Under the pieces are notes generated by a model, which did not search any database, was not told the DNA's origin, and saw only the letters and a program-made list of their open reading frames with translations. Shown in pieces: positions 1-14,675 of a stretch of 64,000 nt of DNA. The position numbers were made by a program, and so were the translations under genes. The stretch's first letter is position 1, and each line of letters starts with the position of its first letter. Origin of the DNA: Octopus vulgaris (taxonomy: Eukaryota); the NCBI GenBank assembly GCA_951406725.2, contig OX597843.1, forward strand, positions 10,850,001-10,914,000, in the 5' to 3' direction.

Positions 1-1129
1 ATGGACAGGAAGACAAGAACAATGAACAGGGCTTACATCTCTTACGGCTGTTATTCAAAGTACGGCGTGCAGATACTCTAATGTTAGACTTCCTGGAGTC
101 AGAAGTAGAGATTAATAGTTCTCTTATATTTCTATTCCGTCTAAATGCTACAATAGGCTTTGTTGAAGTGAAAATATTTTCTGCTTTGAATCAAACTGTA
201 TTTCAGGTTCAGCATGAACTAAGCTCACATTTCTTTCTTTTGGTCTTTAATTATTCTTCACATATAAACGCAAACGAATATATACGAATATAATTATTTG
301 GGGACATATTACAGAATTCCGCGTATCAGAATTGGTAAGGTACAATTAAATAGGATGGAGAGAAAGAGAGAATATCTTCTTTAGATAGCATTCTAGATAT
401 ACTTCGGAGACGTAAGACAAACATGATACAATAAAATGTATCGGTCAAAGAGACTACATGGAGTATACATAGTAATGCAGTATATAGATGACATACAATA
501 TATAGTGGACATGTATAGGTAATATACTACATGATATACCAAAAAGGTTACAAACTAGATTTAGATGATATGCAAGGTATATGTAGCTAATCTATAACAT
601 ACAAATTACCAACTATTAGATAGAGCTGACCTCCTAGCTACAGCCGGCAAACACATTAGGTATTTTGGTCAAAGTCGATAGTTTTTGCTGACCTGCGAGG
701 TATTGCTGAGTAAAATACTAGTTATATCTGATATAATAGCTTTAATTGATAAACATCCTAAATAAATCTGGAAATTAAGGCAGATATATCTGAAATAATA
801 GGCTTTTCAAATAATTCGCTCACATTCGTCACTCATTTTTTTACAAAAATAATCTTCAGAAAAGAGAATGTTCTGAACCCTTTACACTTTGGCCGAACCA
901 TTACCGAGTATTTACTTATTAATTTATTTATTAATTTACTTTTTAAGTTACCGTAACCACACTACAATTATTTTAATTCTAAATTATTTATTCCTTCAAG
1001 AAAATATTTTGTTTTAATTACTATGTTATCCTTTGTTAATTCGATGTTAATTTTTTCCTTTGTAATTCTCATTAATTCAATCAGTCTTCTGAATCAGTGA
1101 CTGCAACCATAGCTACGACCTGGCGCGAT

Positions 1130-2480
1130 GTGTAATGAGCAGTATGGATGTAGTATCCTTATACCCATCCATTGATGTTGACACAGAAGAACTGGGCCCC
1201 TTCCTGAAACTGACAGTTGACAAGGCTTACTTAGATGAATATGACATTAGTTGTTTCTGTCCCACTACATCGGTAAAAGGTAGACCCCCTACTATCACCT
1301 CAGTGACCAAGAAGACTCCTAGAGAGAGAGATGGAACGGGTGGACCAGCGCTATACCAACCACTCAAAATGATGATCGTGTAAAAGAGATGGTTGCACAT
1401 GCGATGAGTGCGAGCGAGTCCCCGGGTGACAGTTAAGGGCCACATATTCAAGTTTAATAACAAGATATACGCCTAAGAGGAAGGTGCAGCCATCGGTGTG
1501 AGTGTCGCTGATGATGAGGCTAACCTATTTATGTTATGGTCGGATAGGGACTCAAAGAGAGATTAGCAGGGAACTCCAGAACCCTAACCATGTACTCCCC
1601 CTATGTGGGTGATATCGACATAGTGGCCAAAGTGAAATAAAGTTACAGTAGACCACCCTAACACGCACCCGAAACATAGGCTACTGGATTTAGATGCGGA
1701 ACACTGGCTGGAAACTAAGAATAGTAAGGTCCAGATCTTTCATTTCCACTATGCCCAACCTATGGCTTCTAAATACTTGGTCCACAAGAAGGAAGCTACT
1801 GCAGACAACGCAAGTTTCATATTCTAATAGTGGACTTGGTGAGAATGATGAGGAATGTGTCTCGCATTTGCGACCTTTGAGAATTGGAAAGACATATAGA
1901 ACACTTCATCCACTGCAAACGGGTCACTGGCTAGAACCAAAGGAACAGGATTAGAGTGTACAAAGAAGCCAGGGCTAAGTACAAGGCCATCATAAAGAGT
2001 GATGGAAACGGGATGCAAATGAACCAGGAAAAACATAGATAAGTCCAACTCATGGTATGACAACAAGAAATAACAGAATGTCATTTTCGTTGATGTTGAC
2101 CCAAATGGCGAACAAGCATACCATCTTAGAAAAGGAAAATCTATGGATAAATGTAGTAGAAAGGCCGGGAACCCATATAAAATCTTGATCTGTAGAACTT
2201 ACTCCTTCGGTAGGTCCCTACATGTACGGAGAACAATTGCATACTATATAGGATGAAAGCACAGGTTAACTGTAAGATTAGGAATGTAGTCTAAAGTTTA
2301 CGGAGTATTGAAGGACGGTGCAGAAACAAGACAACTTACATAGGGGAGAAAGCACCCTCAATAGGGGAGCAAATAGGCGAATACTGGCGGGAGCTCAAAG
2401 AGAAAAAAAGGCTCGTCATTGTTCAACTAATATGCCAAACACAACATAGAAGCTCGGTTAATAACATAGAGGCAGTTGTA
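1130..2480 (+). mobile_element. Decayed Penelope-like retroelement (RT plus GIY-YIG endonuclease remnants)
   Basis: SMDVVSLYPSID; GHIFKFNNKIYA*EEGAAIG; a YVGDID (YxDD-like) motif near 1602; a TYIGE/GEQIGEYW GIY-YIG-like stretch near 2335-2390; many stops and frameshifts. Confidence 0.7.
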
Positions 2481-2559
2481 GAGGAATTCCAGATCATTAT
2501 AGATTTAAGACATGACGCGGATAAAGCTGGAGAAAAAGATTGGTCTCATATTCATGCGA

Positions 2560-4040
2560 GTAGACCTGTAACGGATAAGAAAAAGGCAAAACAAATGAGA
2601 TATCACAACACTAAACGCAGATACGTGGAGAAAATCGGAAAACATAGGTCGAAAGAAAATTTGAAAATTGCACGTGATGTTTCAGGAAAAATTTGCGTTT
2701 GAAGGGCAAAATGATAAGTGATGTGACATTTCTTGGAGAAACCTTAAAAGCCAAGGGTTTAGTGCGGAATAATATGACAAATGTATTTGAAACAGACTGG
2801 ATGGAATTATTTAACTGATGGGACTTCACCATCATTTTGTTTTTGTAAAAAATGTGAATGGTTCTTCCGGAGGAATTAAGAAAAGAATTAAAGAAGATTT
2901 TTCTTATGAATTTGGTTTTTGCCCCAAACAAAAGAAAATGTTCTACCAGTATTTAAACCAAAAAGGACTGTACTTTTGTCAACGTCGAAACGAGTTAACG
3001 AAGAATTGGATAGACTTGAAAAGCTTCGAGTTATTGAAAAACTTGACAACGCTGAATGGGTGTCCCCAACAGTTTATATCAAGAAAAAAGATCTGTGTAT
3101 ATGTTGAGTTTTCAACAGAGATAAACGAATATTTGATGCCTTATATTACCCCTTACCAAGTCCGGAAGAAATTTTCGCGAATTTGGAGGAAAATTTTTTC
3201 GAAGTTGGACCTATCTGAAGCACACCTGCAGGTACAAGTTGATGAGAAATGTTCAAAATTACTAACGATAAATACCCATAAAGGAATATATAAATTTAGT
3301 CGACTTCCTTTTGGTATTAAGTTAGCACCAAGTAGGTTCCAGCAAGTTATGGACACAATGCTCGCAGGTTCGGATTTCGCAATAGCTTATCCTGACAACA
3401 TAATCAAAATAAGTGAATCTCGTGGTCAGCATACTGAGCATGTTAAAAAGGTCTTCGAAAAAATAAAAGATTAAGTTTAGCGAGGAATACTGTGGATTTC
3501 TTGTGCCAAGAATAAAATATCTCGGGCAGGTTATAGATGAAAATAGACGTAGACCAGACCCGTCAAAGGCGAGTGCAATATAGAATATGCCTCCCCCGAC
3601 AAACATTACAACGTTACAAGCATTGGGTGGGGCTCGCAAATTACTACCAGGTACACATAGCGTATATGCATGATTTGAGAGCACCGCTGATTAACTTGTT
3701 AAAAGGACGTTAAGTGGAACTGGTCGGACAAATGCCAAAAAGATTTTAAAGAAATTAAAAGCATCTTAACGTCAGAATTGTCTTTATCACGTTTTGACCC
3801 GAATTTAGAAATGGTAGTGGCATCAAATGCTAGTAAATTTGGTATTTGAGCTGTAATTTTACACAAATATGAAGATGGTATCGTGAAAGCTGTAGCTCAT
3901 GCTTTGCGTTCCTTATTTCCGGCTGAGAAAAGTTAGAGTCAAATAGAGAAAGAAACATCAGCCATGAAATTTGCGGTAAAGAAGTTCCATGAATTTATAC
4001 ATGGAAGACGATTCCGTCTGCAGACAGACCACTGCTCATT
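2560..4040 (+). mobile_element. Decayed Ty3/Gypsy pol fragment (RT and RNase H)
   Basis: FSKLDLSEAHLQV...RLPFGIKLAPSRFQQVMD...AYPDNI (YxDD lost); RNase H remnants ASNASKFGI, SQIEKE, FRLQTDH. Confidence 0.9.
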
Positions 4041-4069
4041 ATTCTACTTTCTGGTTTTGTGAAGTCTAA

Positions 4070-4440
4070 TCTCTGAAGATTAGTATTTACAGTGTGTTAC
4101 ATATCCCAGGGCCCTAATAATTACAGGTATAAACCTGAACTTGTAATCTGGATAGAGTAACCGCAAATTTCTTAATAGTTTATCGTAGGTATTTTCATTT
4201 TCGCTGATCTTCAGCTTTATGTCTATGTCCGCTGGGCAACTGATTTCCACAACTCTGCACAATTTCTCTTCTCCATCCCAAATCATTATGTCAGGTTTGT
4301 TGTGTCTACATTTTATTGAGGTTTTCACTGGGACATTACACCAGTACTCCTTTTTAATATGAGTGGCTATGGCTTCCACTATACTGTGAGTTTTATTTCT
4401 TTGTCGTCCGGATTATCCGCCGAGCGAATCTCGTTATACA
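4070..4440 (-). mobile_element. 3' fragment of an R4/Dong-type non-LTR element (restriction-like endonuclease)
   Basis: HNKPDIMIWD...VVEISCPAD...FIPVIIRALG in ORF 4080..4379. Confidence 0.8.
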
Positions 4441-4466
4441 GTATCCAAACTAAAACATTATATTTT

Positions 4467-4545
<79 letters not shown>

Positions 4546-5291
4546 TTATCTAAAAATCAGAAAAAAAGAAGCACTGGGGGTCTGTTATTAGGCAATAAAG
4601 TGGGTATATTAGTATAGTTTATTTAATGTTATATCATAAACCAAGGCAGCGAACCGGCAGAACCGTTAGCACGCTGGCCAAAATGAAATGGTCGCCGACA
4701 TTTTGTCCGTGTTTATGTTCTGAGTTCAAATTACGCCGAGGTCGACTTTCCCTTTCATCATTTAGAGATTGATAAATTAAGTACCAGTTGAGGACAGGGG
4801 CCGCTATAAACGACTTACACTCTTTGCTGGACTTGCTGGCCTTGTGCCAAAATTTGAAAGTCATAATATATTATAGACTCACGAAGACGACGAGCTTGCA
4901 GAATCGTTATCATGCTGGACAAAGTGCTTGGCGCCATTTCTTCCGTTTATACGCTCTGAGTTCAAATTCCGAGGCCATCTTTACTTTTCATCCTTTCGGA
5001 GACGATAAGTTAATTACCAATCGTGTACTAAGGTGGATGTAATCGATAAGCCCCCAGCCATAAATCTTCAGATATTGTGCTTGTAGTAGAAAGAATATTA
5101 TATTCTTGCGATAACCAAATTACCGAATGGTTTCATGGTGGAAATGCAGAGGCAAAAGCAGCAACCATCAAACATGTCGGAATGGAAATGTTACGGATAT
5201 TATTACTTTTGATAATTTGGTAATCATGTGAATATATCATAATAATAATAATAATAGTAATAATTATACATGTGTGTGTTTATGTACAAAC

Positions 5292-6470
5292 TGGGTCATC
5301 CCATAAATAATGCGTTTCTTCAGTTGCATGAACTACCTGCATCAACTTGTTATAAAAGCAGGTAGTAGTTCTACCTTGAACATATTCTTAGTGTAAGTTT
5401 TGAAGCGTGCAGTTCGATTTTAACAGTTATATTTTCAAAGCTATAATGGAAGCGACAAAGGAACATATTCGGCTTATTTTGCTTCATGAGTTCAATAAAG
5501 GCAACAATGCAATGGAAAGTGCGAGGAATAAGTTTAACCAGTGTCAACAATGGCGCCAAAACTTCCGAGCCGGAATCTACAGGCTAGAAGACAAGCCTCA
5601 ACCAGGAAGATCTGTAGAACTTGGCGAGGACGTTCTGAAAAATCGCATCGTAACTGTTGAGGAACTGGCAGATAAGCTTGGATTTGATCATTCAACCATT
5701 CTTCGACACTTGCGTGCCATCGGAAACGTCAGAGAATTGGGTCAATTGGTTTCCCTCAAACTTTCTGAGTTTAATCCCGCGGGGAGAATGAATCTGTGAT
5801 CTTCTTTCATGTCACGTCTCAAGAATGAACCTTTTTTGTACCCAATAATGACTGGTGACGAGAAATGGGTTCTCTAGAAAAATGTCAAGCGCCGAATACG
5901 GTGTGTAGAGAAAGGAGAAACAACGGAATCACAGGCTAAAGAAGGTCTCCACCCACGTAAAGTGCTGTTATCCTCTTTGAGATTTTAAACCCGAAACGAA
6001 ACGATAACAAAGGAGATCTACTACAAGCAGCTTGAGTAGATTAAGTCAGCGCTAGAAGAAGAATCACCATCTTTGGTTTCAAGACGAAAGGTATTCTTCC
6101 ATCAGGATAATGCTCGGCCACATACAGGAAGATTGAAATTCCAAAGGCTGGAGCAGTTTGAATGGGAAACGTCGCCCCACCATACATATTTACCGGACAT
6201 TGCCTCATCTGATTATCATTTATTCCACAGTTTTCAAAATCATTTGGACCGAAAAACATATGAATTCTGTAGACGAGGTCAGAACAGTACTGGAGGGGTA
6301 TTTTTTGTCACGGACAAGTGAATTTTAGATGGGCCTCGCAAGTCTACCAGATAGATGGGAGAGCGTTATAGAAAATGAAGGAGAGTATATTTTAGATTAA
6401 AAAAGAACTTTGTTTATCTTAATTTTGAAAAATAAAAGTTTAAAAGCTGCATTATTTATGGGATGACCCA
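5292..6470 (+). mobile_element. Near-full-length decayed mariner (Mos1/SETMAR-like) transposon
   Basis: 22-bp TIR tgggtcatcccataaataatgc at 5292-5313 and its reverse complement at 6449-6470; HTH ORF 5407..5799; TGDEKW, HQDNARPH and PDIASSDYHLF motifs; stops. Confidence 0.95.
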
Positions 6471-8226
6471 ATACATACGCATACACAAACATTTATGCAT
6501 GTATGTGTCTGGGCCATTATATCATCTCCAGTTTATTATGTATATTTATAAACGTGGATGAAATTAAGCTAAATCAACCCTCATGCTATCTGAACATAGA
6601 TTTACAATGATAAAACACAATACTCGGAAATAACCATTTCGAATCACTAAAATTAAAAGCAATTCATCGTTATTTATTGTCATCTGTCTTTCACAAAGAA
6701 CTGAGAAACGGATGATCTCTTCTATAAGATCTTAATTTTCCAGTAAGCAGATTCGTTGTACTTACATGCGACTTATGCTGGGGAGGAATAAGAAAGCACC
6801 ATCTTCATAGTTTTTTATTTGGTTATGTCTCAAATCTCTGAAAAAAAAGAAAGACAAATATTATACACATTAAAATAAAAGTAAATAAATCTGCTTTCTC
6901 TTGTTCAGTACTGTCTAAAATGCTCTTTACTCAACACGAACTGAATAAATGTTCATGTTCGCAGTTCAGTTGTTTATTTCCTTGAATTGTTCTTATGGCA
7001 GTGTTGTTTGAACAGGAATAGGTTCCTTCAATCTGATTCAGATTTCCTAAGCTAAGAGAAAATCTTTTGTGAAACCCCTAACAACAAAAGATGGAAGATG
7101 ATAAAATATAAAAATGACACAACAACGAGACTCTGTTATGTGCATATCATGGGGTCTATACAACATTCTCATCTATCATAGAAATATTATTTTCCATGTA
7201 GGCACAGGTATGGCCCTGTGGCATAACGATTGCTTGTCACAGACATGGATTCCTTAGTAGCACTGTGCGCCACCTTGGGTAAGCGACGTCTACTATAACC
7301 TTGGGTCGAATAAGCCCTGTGAGTAAATTTGCGACCGGAAACTGTGTGGAGGTCCGTCGTATATATGCGTGTGTATTTGCTTTTGTGTTTATCCCCCAAC
7401 ACTCTTGTCAACAGGTCTTGGGTTGTTTACGTCGACGTAACTTAGCGGTTCTTTATTAGAAACATCAGAACATTTCTACGTGAGTCCCATTGGTTGCATG
7501 CAACTTGCTGAGTTGTCCTTATTTCTTTTCTTCCTGAATCTTTCAAATTATAAGGGTTGTTTATGGACACCCTGTATATCCTTTATAATATCAGTCCATA
7601 CACTCACAGGCTCAATGTTGTTGGAAATACTACTTGAAGGTTGTATATAATTCGAATTCTAGAAAACCTGCAAAGTCCCACGTATTAAACTAAAGTACCG
7701 TAAAGTACGTCAGTTATATATGAGATATATATTATTTCAGAGTACAAACTTACTCAAGAAATGCTGTTAAATTAAATCCATTTTACAATGTATAAAACTG
7801 GTACATGCCAGTTACTTTGTAGCATTTAATGAGAACAGAGATATGATACAGAACTAATTAATGTCTACAATCGTTTCATTAGCAGTCTTCCAAACAACAT
7901 TAAGTGATAAGGAAACTGCTACGTTCCGGACATGATATAATATATATTCCGTCTCCATGGTTCTGGTTGCGATTCAAATCTGTTATATTACAATTAGACA
8001 CACATTGAAGGTCTTCTCATGAAATAAAAATCATTAACATTTAAATAGTAGATTTGTGAAAGAGTAGTTAACTGAAGATACTGAAATACTGGTTAATATA
8101 TGGACAACAATTGACACCAAATAAGTTGCCTAAAAATCAATGAAACGTTATACATATTCACTTGTCAGATAAATTCGTTAGATTAGACAGAGAGAGGGAG
8201 AGAGAGGGGGAAGAGATATTCGTTTC

Positions 8227-8646
<420 letters not shown>

Positions 8647-8759
8647 ACATACCAGATACGGTATGAAAAGCTATTAACGAAATTGGTAGTGAGTATTTAT
8701 AGCAGTGTGATGAACCCACATACTAAACAATTAACGCCAGTCTATATACTCTGGTTACT

Positions 8760-9800
8760 ACTGCAAAGCAGGACATTAATGACATTGAGAAGGTAAACAA
8801 AACCGAAACAACAAAGGAAGTACCACCATGGGATTTGAAGACAGAGAAGAACATAACTGCTTTACGGAAGACCAAAAGTCATGTAATGATGCTTATTGCG
8901 TGCAAACAAACAAATCCTTATACGTCCCAGCAACAGAAAGTAAAAGAGACAGAAATGATGTTTGGAGACAGCAAAAAGAGAACTGATTATCCTGAAGCAA
9001 GAGCTAAAAGTTGTCAGTGAATTAACTTCGACATCAGAAGAGAATAACCGAGAGAAGAACAATAAAAATTCAACTGTAACCAGGCAGCAGTAGACAGACA
9101 TGAGAGGAGGAGGAGGAGGAGGAGGAGGAGGAGGAGGAGCAGTGAACATCACAGAAGCTCCTTCATTAGGAGACATAGACTCCTTGTGGAGGAAAATCTG
9201 GAGTGATGAGAAGGAATTTAACCAAGATGTTCCGTGGCTAGAAGAAATCCGAAAAAGTCATTGCTCCTGCATTACATCCAAGACATACAACATTGATGGT
9301 GAAACCCTTGCAACTGTGATCCAGAAACTCCAGGATGGAAAAACATCTGGAAGAGACTTACTTGCTGAATATTGGTACAAGAAGCTAACATTCTACCGAC
9401 CATATCTTATCGAACTTTACCAGCAAACTCTCATTGGGAACGGTAGCATACCACCCTGGTTAGCTCTGACAGAGACAAAGTTGATCCCCCAAATGCAGAA
9501 CCATCCATATAGCAAAAAAAAAATACCGGCCAGAAATTAATGTATAAGATATATACAGCATGTTTAAAACTCTTCCTCCAGGACCATTGTGAAACTAATG
9601 ACATCCTCACAGCAGAACAAGCAGCTGGGAAGAAGGGAGTTTGGGGCAATGGCGAATAATTGTTAATCAACAAAGGTGTGATGTCAGGTGCGAGAACGTA
9701 GGATGAACCTCGTTTCAATGTAGCTAGACTACAAGAAAGCCTTTGACTCTGTATCAAGAAACTGAGCAAACTTAAAAGTACTTAAAATTCGAAAGCCCCG
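8760..9800 (+). mobile_element. Decayed R4/Dong non-LTR reverse transcriptase fragment
   Basis: SLWRKIWS, KTSGRD...YWYKKL, PPWL...TKLIP, EQAAGKKG, LDYKKAFDSV. Confidence 0.85.
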
Positions 9801-9940
9801 TGAATATACCATCTTCGATGGTTGAAATTTGGTTCTTGTACAGATTTCTATAGCAGTCAAGAAATAGTAAAATATATTATATCGAAAATATTTGTGATGC
9901 ATCACCAAACAACGTGGCTTTAGAAATAAAAGAAAATAAT

Positions 9941-12147
9941 AGAAGAAGGAGAAGAAGAAGAAGAAGAAGAAGAAGAAGAAGAAGAAGAAGAAAAGAAGAA
10001 GAAGAAGAAGGAGAGGGAGAAGAAGAAGAAGAAGCAGGAGAAAAAGAAGAAGAAGAAGAAGAAGCAGAAGAAGAAGAAGAAAAAGAATACAGATAACGAA
10101 GAAGAAGAAGAAGAAGAAGAAGAAGAAGAAGAAGAAGAAGAAGAAAAAGCAGAAGAAGAAGAAGAAGAAGAAGAAGAAGAAGAAGAAGAAGCAGAAGAAG
10201 AAGAAGAAAAAGAAGAAGGAGAAGTAGAAGAAGAAGAAGAAGAAGAAGAAGAAGAAGCAGAAGAAGAAGAAGAAGAAGAAGAAGAATACAGATAACGAAG
10301 AAGAAGAAGAAGAAGAAGAAGAAGAAGAAGAAAAAGAAGAAGAAGAAGTAGAAGAAGAAGAAGAAGAAGAAGAAGAAGAAGAAGAAGAAGAAGAAGAAGA
10401 AGAAGAAGAAGAAGAAGAAGAAGAAGAAGAAGAAGAAGAAGAAGAAGAAGAAGAAGAAGAAGAAGAAGAAGAATACAGATAACGAAGAAGAAGAAGAAGA
10501 AGAAGAAGAAGAAGAAGAAGAAGAAGAAGAAGAAGAAGAAGAAGAAGAAGCAGAAGAAGAAGAAGAAGGAGAAGAAGAAAAAGAAGAAGAAGAAGAAGAA
10601 GAATTAAAAGAAGAAGAAGAAGAAGAAGAAGAAGAAGAATTAGAAGAAGAAGAAGAAGAAGAAGAAGAAGAAGAAGAAGAAGAAGAAGAATTAGAAGAAG
10701 AAGAAGAAGAAGAAGAAGTAGAAGAAAATGAAGAAGAAAAACATACGAAACGAACTTACAAGACTATTAAATTGGAAAGCCCCGTGAATACACCTTCTTC
10801 GACGGTCGAAATGCTGTTGTTCTGCAGATGTCTAAAGAAGTAAAGATAAGTAAAATAGATTAGATGGAAAATATTCGTGATGCAACATGAAACGCCGTGG
10901 CTTTAGAAAGAAATGAAGAAAAAGAATACAGATAACGAAGAAGAAGAAGAAGAAGAAGAAGAAGAAGAAGAAGAAGAAGAAGAAGAAGAAGAAGAAGAAA
11001 AGAAAAGAAGAAGAAGAAGAAGAAGAAGAAGAAGAAGAAGAAGAAGAAGAAGAAGAAGAAGAAGAAGAAGAAGAAGAAGAAGAAGAAGAAGAAGAAGAAG
11101 AAGAATTAGAAGAAGAAGAAGAAGAAAAAGAAGAAGAAGAAGAAGAAGAAGAAGAAGAAGAAGAAGAAGAAGAAAAAGAAGAAGAAGAAGAAGAAGAAGA
11201 AGAAGAAGAAGAAGAAGAAGCAGAAGAAGAAGAAGCAGAAGAAGAAGAAGAAGAAAAAGAAAAGAAGAAGAAGAAGAAGAAGAAGAAGAAGAAGAAGAAG
11301 AAAGAAGAAGAAGAAGAAGAAGAAGAAGAAGAAGGAGAAGGAGAAGAAGAAAAAGAAGCAGAAGAAGAAGAAGAAGAAGAAGAATTAAAAGAAGAAGAAG
11401 AAGAAGAAGAAGAAGAATTAGAAGAAGAAGAAGAAGAAGAAGAAGAAGAAGAAGGAGAAGGAGAAAAAGAAGAAGAAGAAGAAGAAGAATTAAAAGAAGA
11501 AGAAGAAGAAGAAGAAGAAGAAAAAGAAGAAGAAGAAGAAGAAGAAGAAGAAGAAGGAGAAGAAGAAAAAGAAGAAGAAGAAGAAGAAGAATTAAAAGAA
11601 GAAGAAGAAGAAGAAGAAGAAGAAGAAGAAGAAGAAGAAGAAGAAGGAGAAGAAGAAAAAGAAAAAGAAGAAGAAGAAGAAGAAGAAGAAGAAGAAGAAG
11701 AAGAAGAAGAAGAAGAAGAAGAAGAATTAGAAGAAGAAGAAGAAGAAGAAGAAGAAGAAGAAGAAGAAGAATTAGAAGAAGAAGAAGAAGAAGAAGAAGA
11801 AGAAGAAGAAGAAGAAGAAGAAGAAGAAGAAGAATTAGAAGAAGAAGTAGAAGAAGAAGAAGTAGAAGAAAATGAAGAAGAAAAACATACGAAACGAACT
11901 TACAAGACTATTAAATTGGAAAGCCCCGTGAATACACCTTCTTCGACGGTCGAAATGCTGTTGTTCTGCAGATGTCTAAAGAAGTAAAGATGAGTAAAAT
12001 AGATTAGATGGAAAATATTCGTGATGCAAGATGAAACGCCGTGGCTTTAGAATGAAAGGAAGAAAAAGAATACAGATAACGAAGAAGAAGAAGAAGAAGA
12101 AGAAGAAGAAGAAGAAGAAGAAGAAGAAGAAGAAGAAGAAGAAGAAA

Positions 12148-12179
<32 letters not shown>

Positions 12180-12765
12180 GAAGAAGAAGAAGAAGAAGAA
12201 GAAGAAGAAGAAGAAAAAGAAGAAGAAGAAGAAGAAGAAGAAGAAGAAGAAGAAGAAGAATTAGAAGAAGAAGAAGAAGAATTAGAAGAAGAAGAAGAAG
12301 AAAAAGAAGAAGAAGAAGAAGAAGAATTAGAAGAAGAAGAAGAAGAAGAAGAAGAAGAAGAAGAAGAAGAAGAAGAAGCAGAAGAAGAAGCAGAAGAAGA
12401 AGAAGAAGAAAAAGAAAAAGAAGAAGAAGAAGAAGAAGAAGAAGAAGAAAAAGAAGAAGAAGAAGAAGCAGAAGAAGAAGAAGAAGAAGAAGAAGAAGAA
12501 GAAGAAGAAGAAGAAGAAGAAGAAGAAGAAGAAGAAGAATTAAAAGAAGAAGAAGAAGAAGAAGAAGAAGAAGAAGAAGAAGAAGAAGAAGAAGAAGAAG
12601 AAGAAGAAGAAGAAGAAGAAGAAGAAGAAGGAGAAGAAAAAGAGGAAGAAGAAGAAGAAGAAGAAGAAGAAGAAGAAGAAGAAGAAAAAGAAGAAGAAGA
12701 AGAAGAAGAAGAAGTAGAAGAAGAAGAAGAAGAAGAATAAAAAGAAGAAGAATTAGAAGAAGAAG

Positions 12766-12797
<32 letters not shown>

Positions 12798-13158
12798 GAA
12801 GAAAAAGAAGAAGAAGAAGAAGAAGAAGCAGAAGAAGAAAAAGCAGAAGAAGAAGAAGAAGAAAAAGAAAAAGAAGAAGAAGAAGAAGAAGAAGAAGAAG
12901 AAAAAGAAGAAGAAGAAGAAGAAGAAGAAGAAGAAGAAGCAGAAGAAGAAGAAGCAGAAGAAGAAGAAGAAGAAAAAGAAGAAGAAGAAGAAGAAGAAGA
13001 AGAAGAAGAAAAAGAAGAAGAAGAAGAAGCAGAAGAAGAAGAAGAAGAAAGAGAAAAAGAAGAAGAAGAAGAAGAAGAAGGAGAAGAAGAAGAAGAAAAA
13101 GAAGAAGAAGAAAAAGAAGAAGAAGAAGAAAAAGAAGAAGAAGAATTAGAAGAAGAAG

Positions 13159-13190
<32 letters not shown>

Positions 13191-13317
13191 GTAGAAGAAG
13201 AAGAAGAAGAAGAAGAAGAAGAAGAAGAAGAAGAAGAAGAAGAAGAAGAAGAAGAAGAAGAAAAAGAGGAAGAAGAAGAAGAAGAAGAAGAAGAAGAAGA
13301 AGAAAAAGAAGAAGAAG

Positions 13318-13349
<32 letters not shown>

Positions 13350-13924
13350 GAAGAAGAAGAAGAAGAAGAAGAAGAAGAAGAAGAAAAAGAGGAAGAAGAA
13401 GAAGAAGAAGAAGAAGAAGAAAAGAAGAAGAAGAAGAAGAAGAAGAAGAAGAAGAAGAAGAAGAAGAAGAAGAAGAAGAAGAAGAAAAAGAAGAAGAATT
13501 AGAAGAAGAAGAAGAAGAAGAAGAAGAAGAAGAAGAAGAAGAAGAAGAAGAAGAAGAAGAAGAAGAAGAAGAAGAAGAAGAAGAAGAAGAAGCAGAAGAA
13601 GAAGAAGCAGAAGAAGAAGAAGAAGAAAAAGAAAAAGAAGAAGAAGAAGAAGAAGAAGAAGAAGAAAAAGAAGAAGAAGAAGAAGCAGAAGAAGAAGAAG
13701 CAGAAGAAGAAGAAGAAGAAAAAGAAGAAGAAGAAGAAGAAGAAGAAGAAGAAGAAGAAGAAGAAGAAGAAGAAGAAGAAGAAGAAGAAGAAGAAGAAGA
13801 AGAAGAAGAAGAGAAAAAGAAGAAGAAGAAGAAGAAGAAGGAGAAGAAGAAGAAGAAAAAGAAGAAGAAGAAAAAGAAGAAGAAGAAGAAGAAAAAGAAG
13901 AAGAAGAATTAGAAGAAGAAGAAG

Positions 13925-13956
<32 letters not shown>

Positions 13957-14031
13957 GAAGAAGAAGAAGAAGAAGAAGAAGAAGAAGAAGAAGAAGAAGA
14001 AGAAGAAAGAGGAAGAAGAAGAAGAAGAAGA
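9941..14031. repeat. About 4 kb of imperfect (GAA)n with two copies of a ~190-bp unique spacer
   Basis: Spacers at about 10740-10935 and 11885-12080. Confidence 0.97.
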
Positions 14032-14131
14032 NNNNNNNNNNNNNNNNNNNNNNNNNNNNNNNNNNNNNNNNNNNNNNNNNNNNNNNNNNNNNNNNNNNNN
14101 NNNNNNNNNNNNNNNNNNNNNNNNNNNNNNN
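14032..14131. other. Assembly gap (100 N)
   Basis: Run of N. Confidence 1.
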
Positions 14132-14675
14132 ATAAATAAATATGTATGTATGTAAGTATGTATATAGCTATTTCCAGCAATCGGTTCATATTTTGAAATC
14201 TATTAACTGAAGAAGGTATTACATAAGGGGGTCTATTTTCTATTACATATGCAAAACCTGAAATGTACGTATTAAATGCTTTCAAAAATCCCTATTTGGT
14301 TTTACTTCATTAATACAACTAATATATATGTGATTAGCTGTCACTTATAAGTAAATATGCCTTGGTAGATTGTTCCACACATTCTCTAATTGTTCTTTAG
14401 GTGTCTATAATAGTCGCAAGCAGACGTAGACACACTCTTATCTCTTCAGCTTCGGACCAAAACAACGATCAGGATGTGTCTGATGCAAAGAGAGAGATGG
14501 CTGGACCAGGGCTCAGCTGCCCTTCTGATACTGATTTCTAGCTGTGTAGACTACAGCAACACGAAGTGAAGTGTCTTGCTCAAACACTCAACACATTACA
14601 CAATTCAGGAATTGAAACCATGACTTATGCATGTAAACCCAACATCCCAACCACTAGGCCACGTGTTTTCTTCAC

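Noticed and set aside
10913-14285. 320-aa poly-Arg/Glu and 379-aa poly-Leu/Phe/Ser ORFs
   Set aside because: Translations of (GAA)n; one spans the N gap
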